This document shows positions 24,587 through 38,025 of a DNA stretch of 55,553 nt, piece by piece (positions within the stretch are counted from its first letter, which is position 1; each line of letters opens with the position of its first letter). Below the pieces are notes generated by a model, which worked only from the letters and a program-made list of their open reading frames with translations, did not search any database and had not been told where the DNA came from. The DNA is from Bigelowiella natans CCMP2755 (taxonomy: Eukaryota; Protista; Cercozoa). Where the stretch lies: assembly GCA_000320545.1 (NCBI GenBank), contig ADNK01002810.1:1-55553 (forward strand), given 5' to 3'. The position numbers were made by a program, and so were the translations under genes.

Positions 24587-25149
24587 CACAGATATATACA
24601 AATATATTAATCAGGACACCGACGAATGCAGCGATAGCACCTAAATCATCGCCCGCTGAAAGACACGTTCATAAGCGAAATGTACAAAAACAAACTGCAT
24701 GTGCAGAACAAGGAAGTAGTTTTGGACAGCGGACATTGTAAGCTTTTTCTTCTCCTCCTTCGTTTGCGTCGCCGTGCTTGACTATCGGGGAGTAATTATC
24801 AAATAGTTGGAGGCACGATTAGGCAAAGGCACGTGTGTGAAGCGAGGAAGATGGACAGCGACATGAAATTTCTGCTTGTCGCATGTAGTCGCCTTTGCAG
24901 CCCTATTTGCTAGCAGTAGAGTCACAGCTTGGCTGTTTTCATTTTTTTTGCGGTTCTTGCGTTTGCTTACTTTGGTGTTGGTGTCCGAGTTTCGAGGGAC
25001 TACAACTGCATCGGTGGTGAACACGACCTAAATGGCCAGGGTTTGAGGAAGATTAGGAAGAGATGATGCCTCGATTGGGAGAGAATAGAGGGGAGAGGGG
25101 GGGAACGCGGGTGGAAGTCTCTGTTGGATACGAGTGAATGTATGTGTAC

Positions 25150-25184
<35 letters not shown>

Positions 25185-25684
25185 TGAGCTTGTTTGTGTG
25201 TATGTGTGTGTGTGTGTGTGTATGTGTGTGTGTTTGTGTTTGTGGCGTGCTTGTTATCGCGGGCATACGACAAACACAGAGAGAGAAAAACAGAGTAGAT
25301 TTCGTGGTAGTTATTAAATAATCCGTACTGCTGTCCCTGGCTTCAAAAGCCCCTTGACTGCATGAAACCCTTCCTCTCCTCCAATGCTACGGCACAAGGT
25401 AAAAGGAACCAAAGTGAATAATCGCCCTTGTCTTTTATTGTGTTAAGATGGAAGATCTGATTGATTTTGCCTGCCATTTGCAGCATTATCGTTTTCGAAT
25501 GAATGCTGTTCACAATTACCAGTATTGGCAAAATGTGCCGCTTTTCGGGTCATAGCTGTTGTGGAAGAAGGTGTCGCATGCACCTGTTTCATGCATTCAT
25601 TATCGAGTGAGCTTAGAAAATATTTAAAACAGAGAATTTAATTAGTGAATATATATATATATATATATATATACAGTTTATGTG

Positions 25685-25719
<35 letters not shown>

Positions 25720-26737
25720 TGTGTGTCTGTGTTCATACGCGCGCAAATCGCGCAGGGGAGTTTATACGTGTATCGATATGCAATCAGTCATGCTGCTATC
25801 TGCAAGAAGGACGCCATTAGGAAATACCTCGAATAGGCTCGTCCACTAGCAATATCAGGGCGAGCAGTATCTGCATTAGAGTATACAATTTGATGATTAT
25901 GCCTGCGAATGCACTAGTGTGCTTGCTCATGATGTGTCTGCGTGTGTGCGTGTGTGTGTGTGTACTCGGGGTGAAGAGAATAAGGGAGTATCTAGGAGAA
26001 AGGTGATATATGCGTGTGTGTGTGAGAGTGTGTGTACGCTCTGGAAAGTTATGCAAACTGATGATGAAAACAATGGCGGTAATGATGGTAATGATGGTGA
26101 TGATGAGGAGGTTAACGATACATGATGAAGAAGAAGCGCAGTGATGATGAAGATGCGCAGTGATTGATGAACTCTCAGTCGTATTTTACATTAAAATCAT
26201 GGTGATAGTGATAACGCGTGGTTTTTCGGTGATAAAGTCAGAGAACACACGGCCATAACAACGACAGGAATACGTGGACAGAATTACTATAATTCCGAAA
26301 ATCCCAGCAAGACAGTACGCGAAACGCCATCCTATCACAATCCAGCACATGCCACGATCAGCCCGGACTCATCAGCGATCAAAACAACTGCAAATCTGCC
26401 CTTTCTCAAAACCCATCTCCTCTAGCCTCCTATTAGTTTTTAACGTTCTGTACAATATCGGTTTCTCTAGGAAGGGAGTGCGGGGGGGAGGGGGAGGGAG
26501 GACTGTTCTACGCAATTCTTAGGTAAATACCGAAAGTGTACGTAATGACTGAGTATGGCCCAAGAGCAAGGCCGTATCTACATTTTGATTTTAGTGGGTT
26601 CGATGCGCATTTGGCGTTTGTTGGTTTCACGGGATGGGGGGAGAGAGAAGGGGGGGGAGCGACATTTAGTAGATAGTGGAGCTGACATCTTAAATTGGTT
26701 GCGAATTAAACGCATAGGGAGGGGATATATGCACACA

Positions 26738-26770
<33 letters not shown>

Positions 26771-27379
26771 CACAAAGGGTGAGAGAAGTCCATACAGTTA
26801 AGTCGCACATATCAAACCCAAACGGCATGTAGCTTCCATCGTTCTCATATTTTACAATTTACCCGAGATACACCCCCAGCGCGTACACGCCAAGAGCAAG
26901 TCCCCGCCTGATCATGATCCAACCATCATAACCAACACGAACAAGACCCAAACGAAGACATTTGCACTTCATGAAGCATAGAATAAACAAACTCAAGACG
27001 CTTTAGGCAAAAATGCGCATGGGCATGTACTACCTTTCTTCGACGAATAAGTCTGCAATAATAGACGTGCAATACGGATTGCAGGAGGCCTAACGAAGAA
27101 AACTCGGAATTACAATGACTTTTCGAAACTACTTGCTATTGCAATCGCCGATAGTGCTATCATCGTCATAGCACTTTGCTCGCTGCGTGACAATCGGCGC
27201 TATGGTTTTCCACGGCGAAACAGTTCTTATTTTCAATATTTTTTGGGTATTATATCTTGGGCTAAATTTTCGCGTGTGGTGGGATACCATTGCTATAGCG
27301 GATATAATCCTGATTAGATAAATCATGTAATTTAGTAGATGTACACACATGTACTTTATGTTTATGTATTCTCTCTCTC

Positions 27380-27422
<43 letters not shown>

Positions 27423-27943
27423 GTGTATGTGTGTGCGTGTGCTCTGTGTGTCACGCGTTGTTTCGTCATTGCACACCTGAGGATCACTACAGAGAATATC
27501 GTCCGAGACAGGCCCGTAGCAAACTGCGTAACAAGGGATTTTAAAACGCATTTAAAGTTGTTTGAACGCAATCCGCTGATAAAGGGGACAAATCGTCCCT
27601 TGTATTCCATATACCATCCAAAAATTTCGGGGGGGGGAATTATGGCAAAACTAAGATAACAAACCGTACCGTCGCTAACGACCACATCGTCAGGCCAACC
27701 TTTGATAAGGGGGGGGGGGGGGGGGAATAAATAACAATGCACATTTACAGGCTAGATCGAGTATGATGGCAATGTTTTCTCTTGCATTTGGATTCAGTTT
27801 CAACCGCTCATGATATGCGGTTCTAGTCTTGTTTTTGATGTGTGTGGGCATGCATTGATTCGTTGATTTCGCAGGTTTGTGCTCGTGCTCTCGTACCGCA
27901 ACTCGGAATACGCGATTAGCTGATCCTGAATCATGTATATAAT

Positions 27944-27981
<38 letters not shown>

Positions 27982-28673
27982 TATATATTATTTATATTAT
28001 ATGCTATATATATATTATTTATATATTTCTACTATATAAATATGTAATGCTCGCATACATATTTACACACTCTCTCTACACGTAACAGCGTTCCTTCGAT
28101 CTCGCCCCCCCCCCCCCCCTCTTCCCCCCATATGATATCGGGCAGCATCAGCAGATGATCCAAGCAGACATGGTACCGTTTTTATCCCCAAACGAAGTGA
28201 TGAGAACGCCAGATACAGAGTTTACTAGCTAAGGAATGGAATTCAAGGAAATATACGAATATTCATCTAAAATAATACCATCCTCTCATCGAAAACATAT
28301 GCATAATAGAAGCTGACGGCAGTTACAAGTGCATATGATCCGCATTGTGTACGAGCCCCCTCCCACCCTTCCTCCTCTCTCGCTTCCTTTCATCGCTGTC
28401 CTCTCCTCAAAACGAGAGAGGGTATGATCGTGCTGATACTGGTTTCATCATGGTCGTGATATGATTGTCATCGTCATTGCTGTTTATTCTTGTTGTTGTT
28501 GTTAATGTCATTACTACCGTGAAGAGTGGTCCGGCTAGCCAACCATAGTAGGCAGGTTTGACGTAAGGAGGGGTGGCGACATCCAGAACGAATCGACAAG
28601 ACTTTGCCCACATACAAGCACAGAGATTTCCAATGACTCACAGATGCATATTATATGATTTTTATATATACTT

Positions 28674-28741
<68 letters not shown>

Positions 28742-28960
28742 CCATTGTTATATGTACAGGATCGGTCTGTGCGTGTGTGTATTTGCGTGTGTTTATATAT
28801 ATTTCTCACAGGGGTATACGTATTCTCGGAAAAACAGCAATGAAAAGGCGTTTGAAGGAACCTGATCGCTACACGACACTAGCACCACGATTGCAAGGGC
28901 AAGGACACTCTGCTTGAAACTTTTCCGGGGAATCATTCCTTGAGCATTTTTGGTCGGGCA
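18332..28960 (-). CDS. Spinster-like MFS transporter, many exons, large central loop; ends approximate
   Basis: Exons in MFS order: VLALAIVVLVSCSDQ, YGWLAGPLFTV, ASCNPYCTSIIADLF..ER, RGLALGVYALGVYLG, GWRFAYCLAGIFGII, VGGCIGSFVGGALAD and SVVDLSTPKTRSRIIALHYLLTANIGG. Confidence 0.75.
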
Positions 28961-29053
28961 GGGGAGGGGTAAAGCAGGGGCGATGAGAAGGAGGATGATG
29001 ATAATGATAATGATGGTAGCGGTGATGTTAAAAGTCACCCTCTATAAGTATAC

Positions 29054-29108
<55 letters not shown>

Positions 29109-29289
29109 CGTGCTAAAAGAGTATTCTCCGATACTTACCAGGAAGACCTCCCCATAAGGCTGCAGATGCATTCATTCCTCGTGATTTGCGTCTCTGATAT
29201 GCACGTAGTTTGCCAATCGTCAGCGTGTAATACTAAACACACGACTTTCTCTGCGTGGCACTGCATACAAGCGGAATAGATTGAAAAGG

Positions 29290-29876
29290 CGTTATTTCAT
29301 GCGAGAAGACTCTGCTCCGCTAGTACCGTATCCCAAGAGTCCCACAAGTTGCCTTCTGCCGGCTGACATAAATATAGACCATACCTCAGTGACCTTCTAA
29401 GCTCAGAGCCAAGGCATTGCGATTGTGCTTGGCCATAGCACCAACAAAACACCTGGTTTTGGAGTCGCCCCGCGTCCTCTAGGAGAGACACGCACACACG
29501 CTCGACGGCGAAGGTAAACCTGCGAGCAAATCGAGCGTGAATAATAACTCAATCACATCGCCCCCTCCACCCCTCCAAGTCAGTGATAATGGCCAAGTTC
29601 TCCAAGGTTGGTAAATGGAAAGAGTAATGGGGCGAGCGTGGGTTGACTAAACATGCGTAACTACCGAATAACAGCTTCGGATTGAGGAAGTCCTTTGCAA
29701 ATAAAAAGAGAGTGTCATATTGCGGGAGAGAATGCGGGTATTGTTTTGCATTGAGATTGGAGACGAACACGAGTCAGGACGAGTGCAGTTGGCCCTTTCG
29801 TGGCGCGTAGCAAGTAGTGATTGTTTTTAATAGATAAACTACGAAGACTTCGGCTTTAAATCGAGACTTTATGTGG

Positions 29877-29924
<48 letters not shown>

Positions 29925-30141
29925 GTGTGTGTGTGATATGACCTCTAAGAGTTTTCCACGAAATCCAAACGTTCCTTACGACGCTGGTTATGGGTTGTTA
30001 TCAGGGACCGTCGTATTACTGGTTTTATTTGGCCACGTTCTTACCCCCCTCCATCCTCTCTTGCTCTATTTTCTATCTTGACTACTAAAACGCAATTTTG
30101 TTACCTGTCCGTCGGCTTTGGGCAAGAATCCTGATAAAACA

Positions 30142-30176
<35 letters not shown>

Positions 30177-30652
30177 GGATATACATATATGTACGTATGC
30201 AAACGTATATATTCATGTCTTCGAAACGACGCACATAGAACAAGTGTGACTCAAGCCGAGCTATCAATACCGGGGCATCTGAGTTGAGGGCTTGCTGGCG
30301 AAGGGCTGCAAGCCTACATCGCGTATCACTACACCACAATATTCAAACGTTAGGAGAGGAGGAGGCGGAGGAGGGGAGCTTTGTTTTTCGAGTGCCAAAA
30401 ATATATCGAATGCTTACAGACAAAAACTAGTCGGCAAATTACCGGGAGGCCAAGAGACATAGGCTGCTGTTGTATAATTTGTCCTAGTTTAGAAGGGGGG
30501 TCGGAGAGCGAATTAGTACAAGCTCGTCCTTCCTCATCTTCCTCTTAATCGTGGTTACGCATTTATTGGCTTTACACATGGATGAAACAGGTATTTTTTA
30601 CATTCGCCAACTCGAGGATAACGCTTACCGCTTCTTCAAACGTCAGAGGCAT
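29290..30652 (-). CDS. Small GT-AG exons of an unknown protein (separate gene or 5' extension of the MFS gene)
   Basis: ATG at 30652 (MPLTFEEA|gtaag) and several short splice-bounded segments. No recognisable domain. Confidence 0.3.
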
Positions 30653-31429
30653 CTTTGACTTCCTCCCACCAGGCGTCTACGTCGCCATCTCTAGAGCATG
30701 GGGGGTAAGGCTCGGGCCCTGTATTTTTATTAGATTTTCGGAAAAATATTTATGATATTTAATCGTAATATTTCTGCATTATACCCGTCAGAAGAGTGTC
30801 GAGGTGCAAATTATGTACGACTTTTTTGCTTTTTTTTTTACATGAACTACCCCTGATACTACTAACAATTTCGTCCTTAATCGAGACTTTTAATTACACA
30901 ATTTCTCCAGGAAGGGATGGCCTTTTTAGCCTGCGACATATTTTTGGGTGAACTAGTGGCGCTGTTGAAACTACATGACGCATTGCTTTCATCTGATGCG
31001 ACTTGTGTGTGTCCGCTAGACATCTAGAAAAACGACAAACGTTTTGAATTTCTTCCCCAAAATGAGTCCTGCCTTTTGGCGCTTTGGGGGCCACATCTGG
31101 TGTCCCTTCGACTGACAAAGAAATCGACAGGGCTTTCCGTCGAACCATTGTCCTGCTTGACACTTTTGCTGCGGTTCGGCATCCAAGATGCCAGCTTCAG
31201 TTCCAACCAATTCACATCTCAACGGCACCATTGATCGGCATCCATGCCAATTTCAGGGGATGCGGCTGATTTTTTGTGTCTCTCACCAACAGGGTGCTGA
31301 CAAGTCCTTGCAACGAGTGTTGTTGAGGCTCTGCTGCGTGCAAATGCCTGTCTCCCATGTGGTTCTGGCGCATGCAGTTTTGATCAACGCTTTCTTCATT
31401 GTTCATTGTTTCACTTGGCAGCCTCCTCC

Positions 31430-32645
31430 TCTCACGGACGCCGGACGCTCCATGGTCCGGTGGCCGACCCACCACCTTCACCCATCGTGGACTCCATTGA
31501 GGAACTCCGCTGCCTTCAGTCCACACTCTCATCCAACCCGACCGAAGAAACTCGCCGGGCCGCCCGTCACGTTGCTGACTCGGTCCGCAAGGCAATCAAA
31601 GCTCATCGAGCCTTGAAAGCTGAGCACACGTGTTCAAAAATCCATGATCACTTGAAGAACGGCAAGGACCTCTGATGCCTCCTGAACCGCTTGCGCTCTG
31701 ATGAGTCTCTTCTTCCACCGGCGGTGCTTGACAGCGACGGTGTCCTGGTGAGCGACCAGTCGCGTGTGCGTGACGCATTGACAGGGCACTTTGCGAACCT
31801 CGCATCTGAGAAGGGGGATTCGCCGCTTGATTTCGACCAAGCTTTCTGGCAAGAGATCGAGTCAGAATGCACACACATTCGCGCCTCTCCAGGCAGCAAC
31901 CCGGAACTAGACGGGGACATCACTTCGCAGGAGGTGGACCTGGCTGTCGCCTCTCTCAAGAAAGGCACTGCCCCTGGGCCAGATGGACTGCCAACTGACT
32001 TCTTCAAAGCTGGCCTGCGATGTGGATCACCGACTAGTGACCCTCACCGGGACGACGAAGCTGACCCCTTCTGCACTGCAGTTGCAGCATCGTTCCAGAG
32101 CACTTTTGCACCTGGCCGCTGGCCTGAAGCTTGGCGACAAGGCATGGTCATCCCCTTGTTCAAGAAAGGCAACCCGACGGATCCTTCAAACTGCCGCGGC
32201 ATCACCTTGCTGCCGGTCTTCTCTGAAATCCTGATGTCCATCGTCAACAACAGGCTCCAAACACGCCTGGAGCAACGTGGCAGAGTGTCTGAATGCCAAG
32301 CTGGGTTCCGCCGCTCCAGATCGTGTCAGGAGCAAATCTTCAACCTGAGTTCCATTGTTGAAGGCCGGAAACGCCAGGGTCAGGCCACCTTCCTGGTGTT
32401 CATGGATTTGCGGAAGGCTCATGACCACGTGTGGCGCAAAGGCATGCTGGTGAAGTTGGCAAGAATGGGCATCAAAGGTCGAGTTTGGAGTCTCTTCGAT
32501 GCCTCACTTGTCCGCTTTGACCGGTGGGTTGGGATTCCATTTTCCATGCCCACTGGCGACGTGCCAAAAAAGGAACACGTGTTCTCCTTGCCACGTGGAC
32601 TGCCTCAAGGGGCAGTGGAATCGCCTTTCTGTTTTGGTGTGTTTT
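31430..32645 (+). pseudogene. Non-LTR retrotransposon (LINE) ORF2 RT fragment
   Basis: KKGTAPGPDGLP, PLFKKGNPTDPSN(C)RGITLL, QAGFR, FMDLRKA(H)DHV and GLPQGAVESP. In-frame TGA at 31673-31675. Breaks off before the catalytic DD. Confidence 0.92.
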
Positions 32646-33004
32646 TTGGAAGGTTTGGTGCCATTGTCCTGCTTGACAATTTCGCTGCTGTTCGCCATTC
32701 CAATTGTCAGTTTCAGCTGCAACCTGGCCACATCCTGACCACACCAACAAACAGCATCCATGGCAACTTCATCCCTTGTTCCGAATCCGGCGCTGCAGAT
32801 GGGCAGCCCATGGCAACTTCATCCCTTCACGCGGCTTTTTTGGAGCCCCTGATGGGTCATTGTTGGCCAGTTTTTTGTGTCTCATCACCAACAGGCTAGC
32901 AGGGTGCTGACAAGTCCTTGCAACGATTGTTGTTGAGGCTCTGCTGCATGCAAATGCCTGTGTCCCGTGTGGTTCTTGCGCATGCAGATTTGATCAACGC
33001 TTTG

Positions 33005-33190
33005 TCGTTTTTGGAGAAGGATTTGGTTGCAAACTCCATTTTCTGAGGTGAGCATCCACCACCTGCAAAAGAATGCGGGTCTCAGCCGCCGAAGAGGCGA
33101 GCAGCACCACGTCATCAGCAAACAACAAAATGGCAATTCTCCCGAGATGATCATCGAGTGAAGTGGGCACCCCCAGATCCCGCCGACGTG
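33005..33190 (-). pseudogene. Inverted LINE RT fragment carrying the catalytic motif
   Basis: ILLFADDVVLLASS...QVVDAHLRKWSLQPNP..KTTK is the segment that normally follows PQG..SP, but here it is on the opposite strand. Confidence 0.85.
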
Positions 33191-34909
33191 ACTCTTCATT
33201 GTTCATTGTTCTGCGTGGCGCGTGCAGACTTGATCAATGCTTTGTTCGTCTTCATCTTCATCCTCTCCAATTTCGGAAGCAACTTGGATTGGGTGACGAA
33301 GCAAAGGGTCAATCACCAAAGCGAACGCGTTGAGTTCTGGCCAGCTGAGGAAGTTGGTGAACAAGCCCACCTTCACTGCTCTCATCGCCTTGGTGAGTGG
33401 AACGACAGACGTGGCATCTCCCTCCGTGAAAACATGAACCCAACCATCGTGCATTTGACTGGCGTTCTCACGCCCTCAAACTTCAAGCTCGTTGTGGTGC
33501 TTTGTGGTGGCATCGTGCAATTGTCGGCTTCTTCGCCTTGCCAATTTGGAGCCGTGAAGGCTGGTCCAGTGGCGCTCCTTGTGTGACACCTCTGGACCTG
33601 TGAAGACATGACTTTGCCCAGTTGCAACACTTGTTGCTCTCTCCAACTCTGGCTCTCCTTCTGGCCTGCCAAGGAACATCACACCTGGACACTTTGGATG
33701 CCGTTTTTGGAACCGGGTCCTTCGTCTTGTGCCTCATCACCAAGTGGCACCTAGTGACAACAGTGACACTTTGGGAGTCTTTGGTGCCATGCTGGAGTGA
33801 AGGCTGGAGCGCATCTCGCAACTGTGTTCGTGAAAGAACAAACCGCAGCAGGAAACAAAGAAGATTTCAAGGAGTTTTTGAAGCAAGGATGGAAGAAACT
33901 GCCTGACACGCGGAAACACTTCCAGACTTGCACAGGGCAAGTGCAGCGCAATGACAGACACGACTGCATCGTTCGCATCACACACATGTTCTTGGCGGTG
34001 ATGCACACTGCATGGCTGTCTAGCTGTCGCTGTGGCCACGTTGATCCGTGCACAGTTTTTTTGCGGTGCAGACGTTTCGCGATGCACGTGTGCAAATCAT
34101 GATTCTCTTTGCAAAGCGCACTTGTGCAGTCTGGCAGTTGTGATCACACACAGCACGCTCTGGAAGCTTTGGGAAATTCCCATTTGCATTCTGGAAAGTT
34201 CTGGATTGTTGTTTTCTTTTTGTGCAGCAATCTGGCACCAGAGCAATGAACGGCGCATGCGGTGAATGTGCATGTCACGCTAGCACACTCTAGCGCTGCA
34301 CGTCCATCGAAGATGTGTGAAAGCATGGACAAAGTGTGATTCATGCTAGCATGTCCGGCCAGGTGTCGATGGATCTAGAGATGTGCACATGCATCACTAG
34401 ATCACACACGTTGTGCAGGATCATCTAGTCATGTCTGATGGTTGACTCGTTGAGTTTTTCCAAACTGGAAAAACTCACCCAGGCTAGCAGGCTAGCAGGG
34501 GTTTTGCTCATTTTGTCGCATTTGGGTCTAGTGGGTGTCTTGCTTGCGGGGAGCATGCACATATCGCTAACCGCACATTGTCATTTGCAATTTTTGTCCA
34601 GCTAGCCAGTCACATCACTGCGAATGTGAATGATGTCGCCGTGCTAGCGTGGCGCAGGAAGCTCTTGTGAGCTAGCAGTGCACCATCACACAGCTAGACA
34701 GCACATCATGTCACCATTAAGGTCGCCATGCATGGGCATTGCCATCAACGCTCTGTGTTTGCTCGCAACGTGGGGCACATTGCGCAAGCATGCGCTTACA
34801 TGGAAACCAGCAGATTCAATGTCAGCGCTGTAGCCGCTGCATTGCATGCAACTACACAAGGATGACCATTGCAGCCTTGAACAAAATTGATTGATTTGTC
34901 ACATCCGTC

Positions 34910-35993
34910 TCACATGTTCCCGAAACACATGTATTTGGTGTTGAGATATTCCTCAATGCCTTCCGTTCCGCCCTCACGGCCCAATCCGGAATGTTTGATC
35001 CCCTGATTGAACACCGCCAAAAAATAATTTCTAAGCATTTGAAGTAACATCATCAATTTCCTTCCTTTTGCTGGTCAGCGGTACCCATGAAACGAATCTC
35101 CTCCCCCTCCTTTCTCTCACACTGCATCGCTACAATCATTAGGAAGGAGTGAAACTAAGAACCAAACAACAATTCGAATTGCTTTCAACGGCCTTAATAA
35201 GACACAAGGACCGCCCTTAGTTTGCAGTCCGAAATGTGCGGGAAAATCAAAAAACCGCAATGCATCAACACCATCGCCGTACCCCAAACGGAGCAGTTTC
35301 CGTGGAAATTATTCCTAAAGAGAGTGCAAATCAAAGCTCGATACTTCACATCGCGTCTCCCTCGCAAAAGGCGATGAAAGCTTATGGCTCTCAGACTTCC
35401 TTTGTAGCAGGGAAAAAGGAGGAGGAGAAGACTGACCTTCATTAACCCCAACCATGCCATACTGCAGCGCCTCACTCACACGGAAGGCTCTTCCGACATC
35501 TCTGGAAAGCGCAGAAACAGCACTTGATGCGCGTTTCAAATGACAACGAAAAATGGGCAACATCACAAATCTAATCGATTATTTTCCCTTTCTTACCGAG
35601 TGTAGATGTACGCTGCCAACCCCGCCGTCGTATCCTAATAGGAGAGATCGCAAGTTGCCTGTCAACTAAAGGAGAACCTGGCTCTTTATTCGGAACGGTG
35701 ATGACGATGACGAATTCATTTGTAGCTGTGCGGTTTGGGGGATTGTGAGCCTTTTATACATTATGTACACAGGTCCGAGCACTCTTTTAATTGCGTTTCT
35801 TATCATTTAGAGTCAGAATTCGGAGGGGAAAAACACAGCGGCATCTATGCTGAAATCGAAACGATCTGACATTGGCCCAAGCTATAGCTTCATCTTCCTC
35901 CGAAAACCTACGCAACCCGAAATCATCAATCTCGTCGTCCGGAGAACGCTCCCCTCCCCCCCTCCCCCCCCTATTGCGTTTGGAAGAGAGAGA

Positions 35994-36028
<35 letters not shown>

Positions 36029-36864
36029 GAGAGGAAGGCGAAGAAGGCAGTTACGATATGATCGGTGCAACGGGGCCGAACGTCTCTTCTTTTCCGAAAA
36101 CCGAGCTCTGTTTTTATTAAAGCAATCAAGACATCCATGTGTGATATGTATGCGAAGAGAGAGAAGAGAGAGGGAGAAAGAGAGAAAGAAATTCAGGGGG
36201 AGGGGGGGGCGGAGGGAGAGAGAAAGCAGCAAAGATATAACTGGCAAAGACACACCTGCGTGGCATGAGTGATGATGGTTGGCTCGATGAAATATCCGTC
36301 TCGTCCAGAAACACGAGAACCCCCTTCGTGTAATATAAATAAGGAGGAGAAGTAGGAGGATGGTAGTTATGATGACAATGATTTCTTTAGATGACTGGGA
36401 TATCATAGCAGCAGCTTTTTCATAATGGTAGCCCTCTCGGCTGTTATCTGCTATTCGCACACACACACAAACACACACACACACACGTATATATATATAT
36501 ATATATATATATAAATATCTATATGTATAATTTAAATTCATACTTATACACATATCACATATCGTGGTATTCTTCAAAGAAGTGACTTACCTGTTCTCAC
36601 GGTCGCCCCCGAATTAACCTGATCGAATTGTCATTGTCACATGACGATGACGATGATATTCCTCAAAAGTGCTCAAAATTATACGAGAGCAAAATTCATG
36701 AAACCCATGACTTACTGCTTGCTCGATGTGCGCAAGAGCTTTTTCGAATCCTTTTTAATTGAAACAACTTGCTTCAGTCTCTCTTCCACCGCCACCCCTC
36801 TGCCCCGCTCTCTTTCTTTCTCTCTCGCATACTCGTTACATGCACACAACTCTACAAAAATAAA

Positions 36865-36900
<36 letters not shown>

Positions 36901-36965
36901 TGCAAATAATAGACATGTAGTATATTGTCATTTGTCCTGTACATATGCTCAGCTTTTTATTCATA

Positions 36966-37001
<36 letters not shown>

Positions 37002-37462
37002 TATATTTATATGTATGTAAAAATAAATCCACATATATTTATATATACACTACATATTAGCGTACGCGCCATGTTTTCTCAAGGGTGCGTGGGAGAACCT
37101 TGCTGATTGATCAAAGGGCCTTGACTCACACCTGTAGCAGTAGCGTAAGAATTATCAAAGACTTTAAATATAAGGCGAAAACCACGCGCAATCATCCACG
37201 CAGAAAGAGAGAGAAGAATGTCTTGAAAGACCTTCCTCGAGGCCATGTCCTACTTTGAGGCTAGTCACCTAGGACGGTCAGCACGAAGATTAGTTTCGTC
37301 TCATCCATCAAGCCAGTGAAGGGAGAGGGGGTGGGGGATATCTCAAATATCAAGATTTTACACCGATCCAAAGTGAAACCAAGGATGGAAAAATCTGTCT
37401 CCCTCTCTGTCTCTCTCTCGCGCTCTCTCTACACACACACACACAAACACACACACATATAC

Positions 37463-37500
<38 letters not shown>

Positions 37501-37986
37501 CATATGTATACATTGGTATAGAACCATTACCAGCGGCATGAATTCTTCCACAAACTCCTCCAACACCGACTCATGGACCAGTATACGGTTCGCGCAAACA
37601 CTGCCGGATCATACAAATACAGCACACAACAATCACGCATCATCACATGCTCCGTGAGTTCCTTTTGGGTGCTAAAAAGTCGCTGTGGGGGGGGGGGAGT
37701 AGAGAGACTGCTATTCGCAGATGTGCTGCCGTGGCATTTGACGAGAGAAACTCGCGACGAATCGACTAGTATTTGTGGTGCATAATCCTTGTCCTCCCCC
37801 TCAAGCTAACGAGATAACTAATAACTATGCTCTTTCAGCAATGGTGTCGCATTGTACATTGGTTTGGCACCGTAGTTACAGCAGAGCCATAATAAGCGGA
37901 TTAGCCGCTAAAATGTCACTTTGTATTCGGGCTGAAACACGCACGAATACACACACAAATATGCACACACACGAGCGAGACGCATG

Positions 37987-38025
<39 letters not shown>

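Larger units (their letters stand above)
31145..33245 (+). repeat. Diverged direct-repeat module (31145-31410, 32660-33005, remnant at 33192-33245)
   Basis: Shared strings ccattgtcctgcttgaca, cagggtgctgacaagtccttgcaacga, tgatcaa(c/t)gcttt and tcttcattgttcattgtt. Confidence 0.85.
30974..34561. other. TpA-purged tract of decayed transposon DNA
   Basis: Manual scan found about 16 TA dinucleotides, all within CTAG. Confidence 0.9.

Noticed and set aside
32758-32827. 20-bp repeat, 30-bp spacer, 20-bp repeat resembling CRISPR
   Set aside because: Only two units, eukaryotic TE context and no cas genes; better explained as a local duplication.
30894-34344. Dense overlapping Cys/His-rich ORFs in all six frames
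   Set aside because: Artefact of TpA loss removing TAA/TAG stops and Tyr codons. Only the LINE RT pieces show homology.
30974-34561. Classical RIP or 5mC deamination as the cause of the skew
   Set aside because: Those deplete CpA/CpG and enrich TpA. Here TpA is lost and CpG persists.
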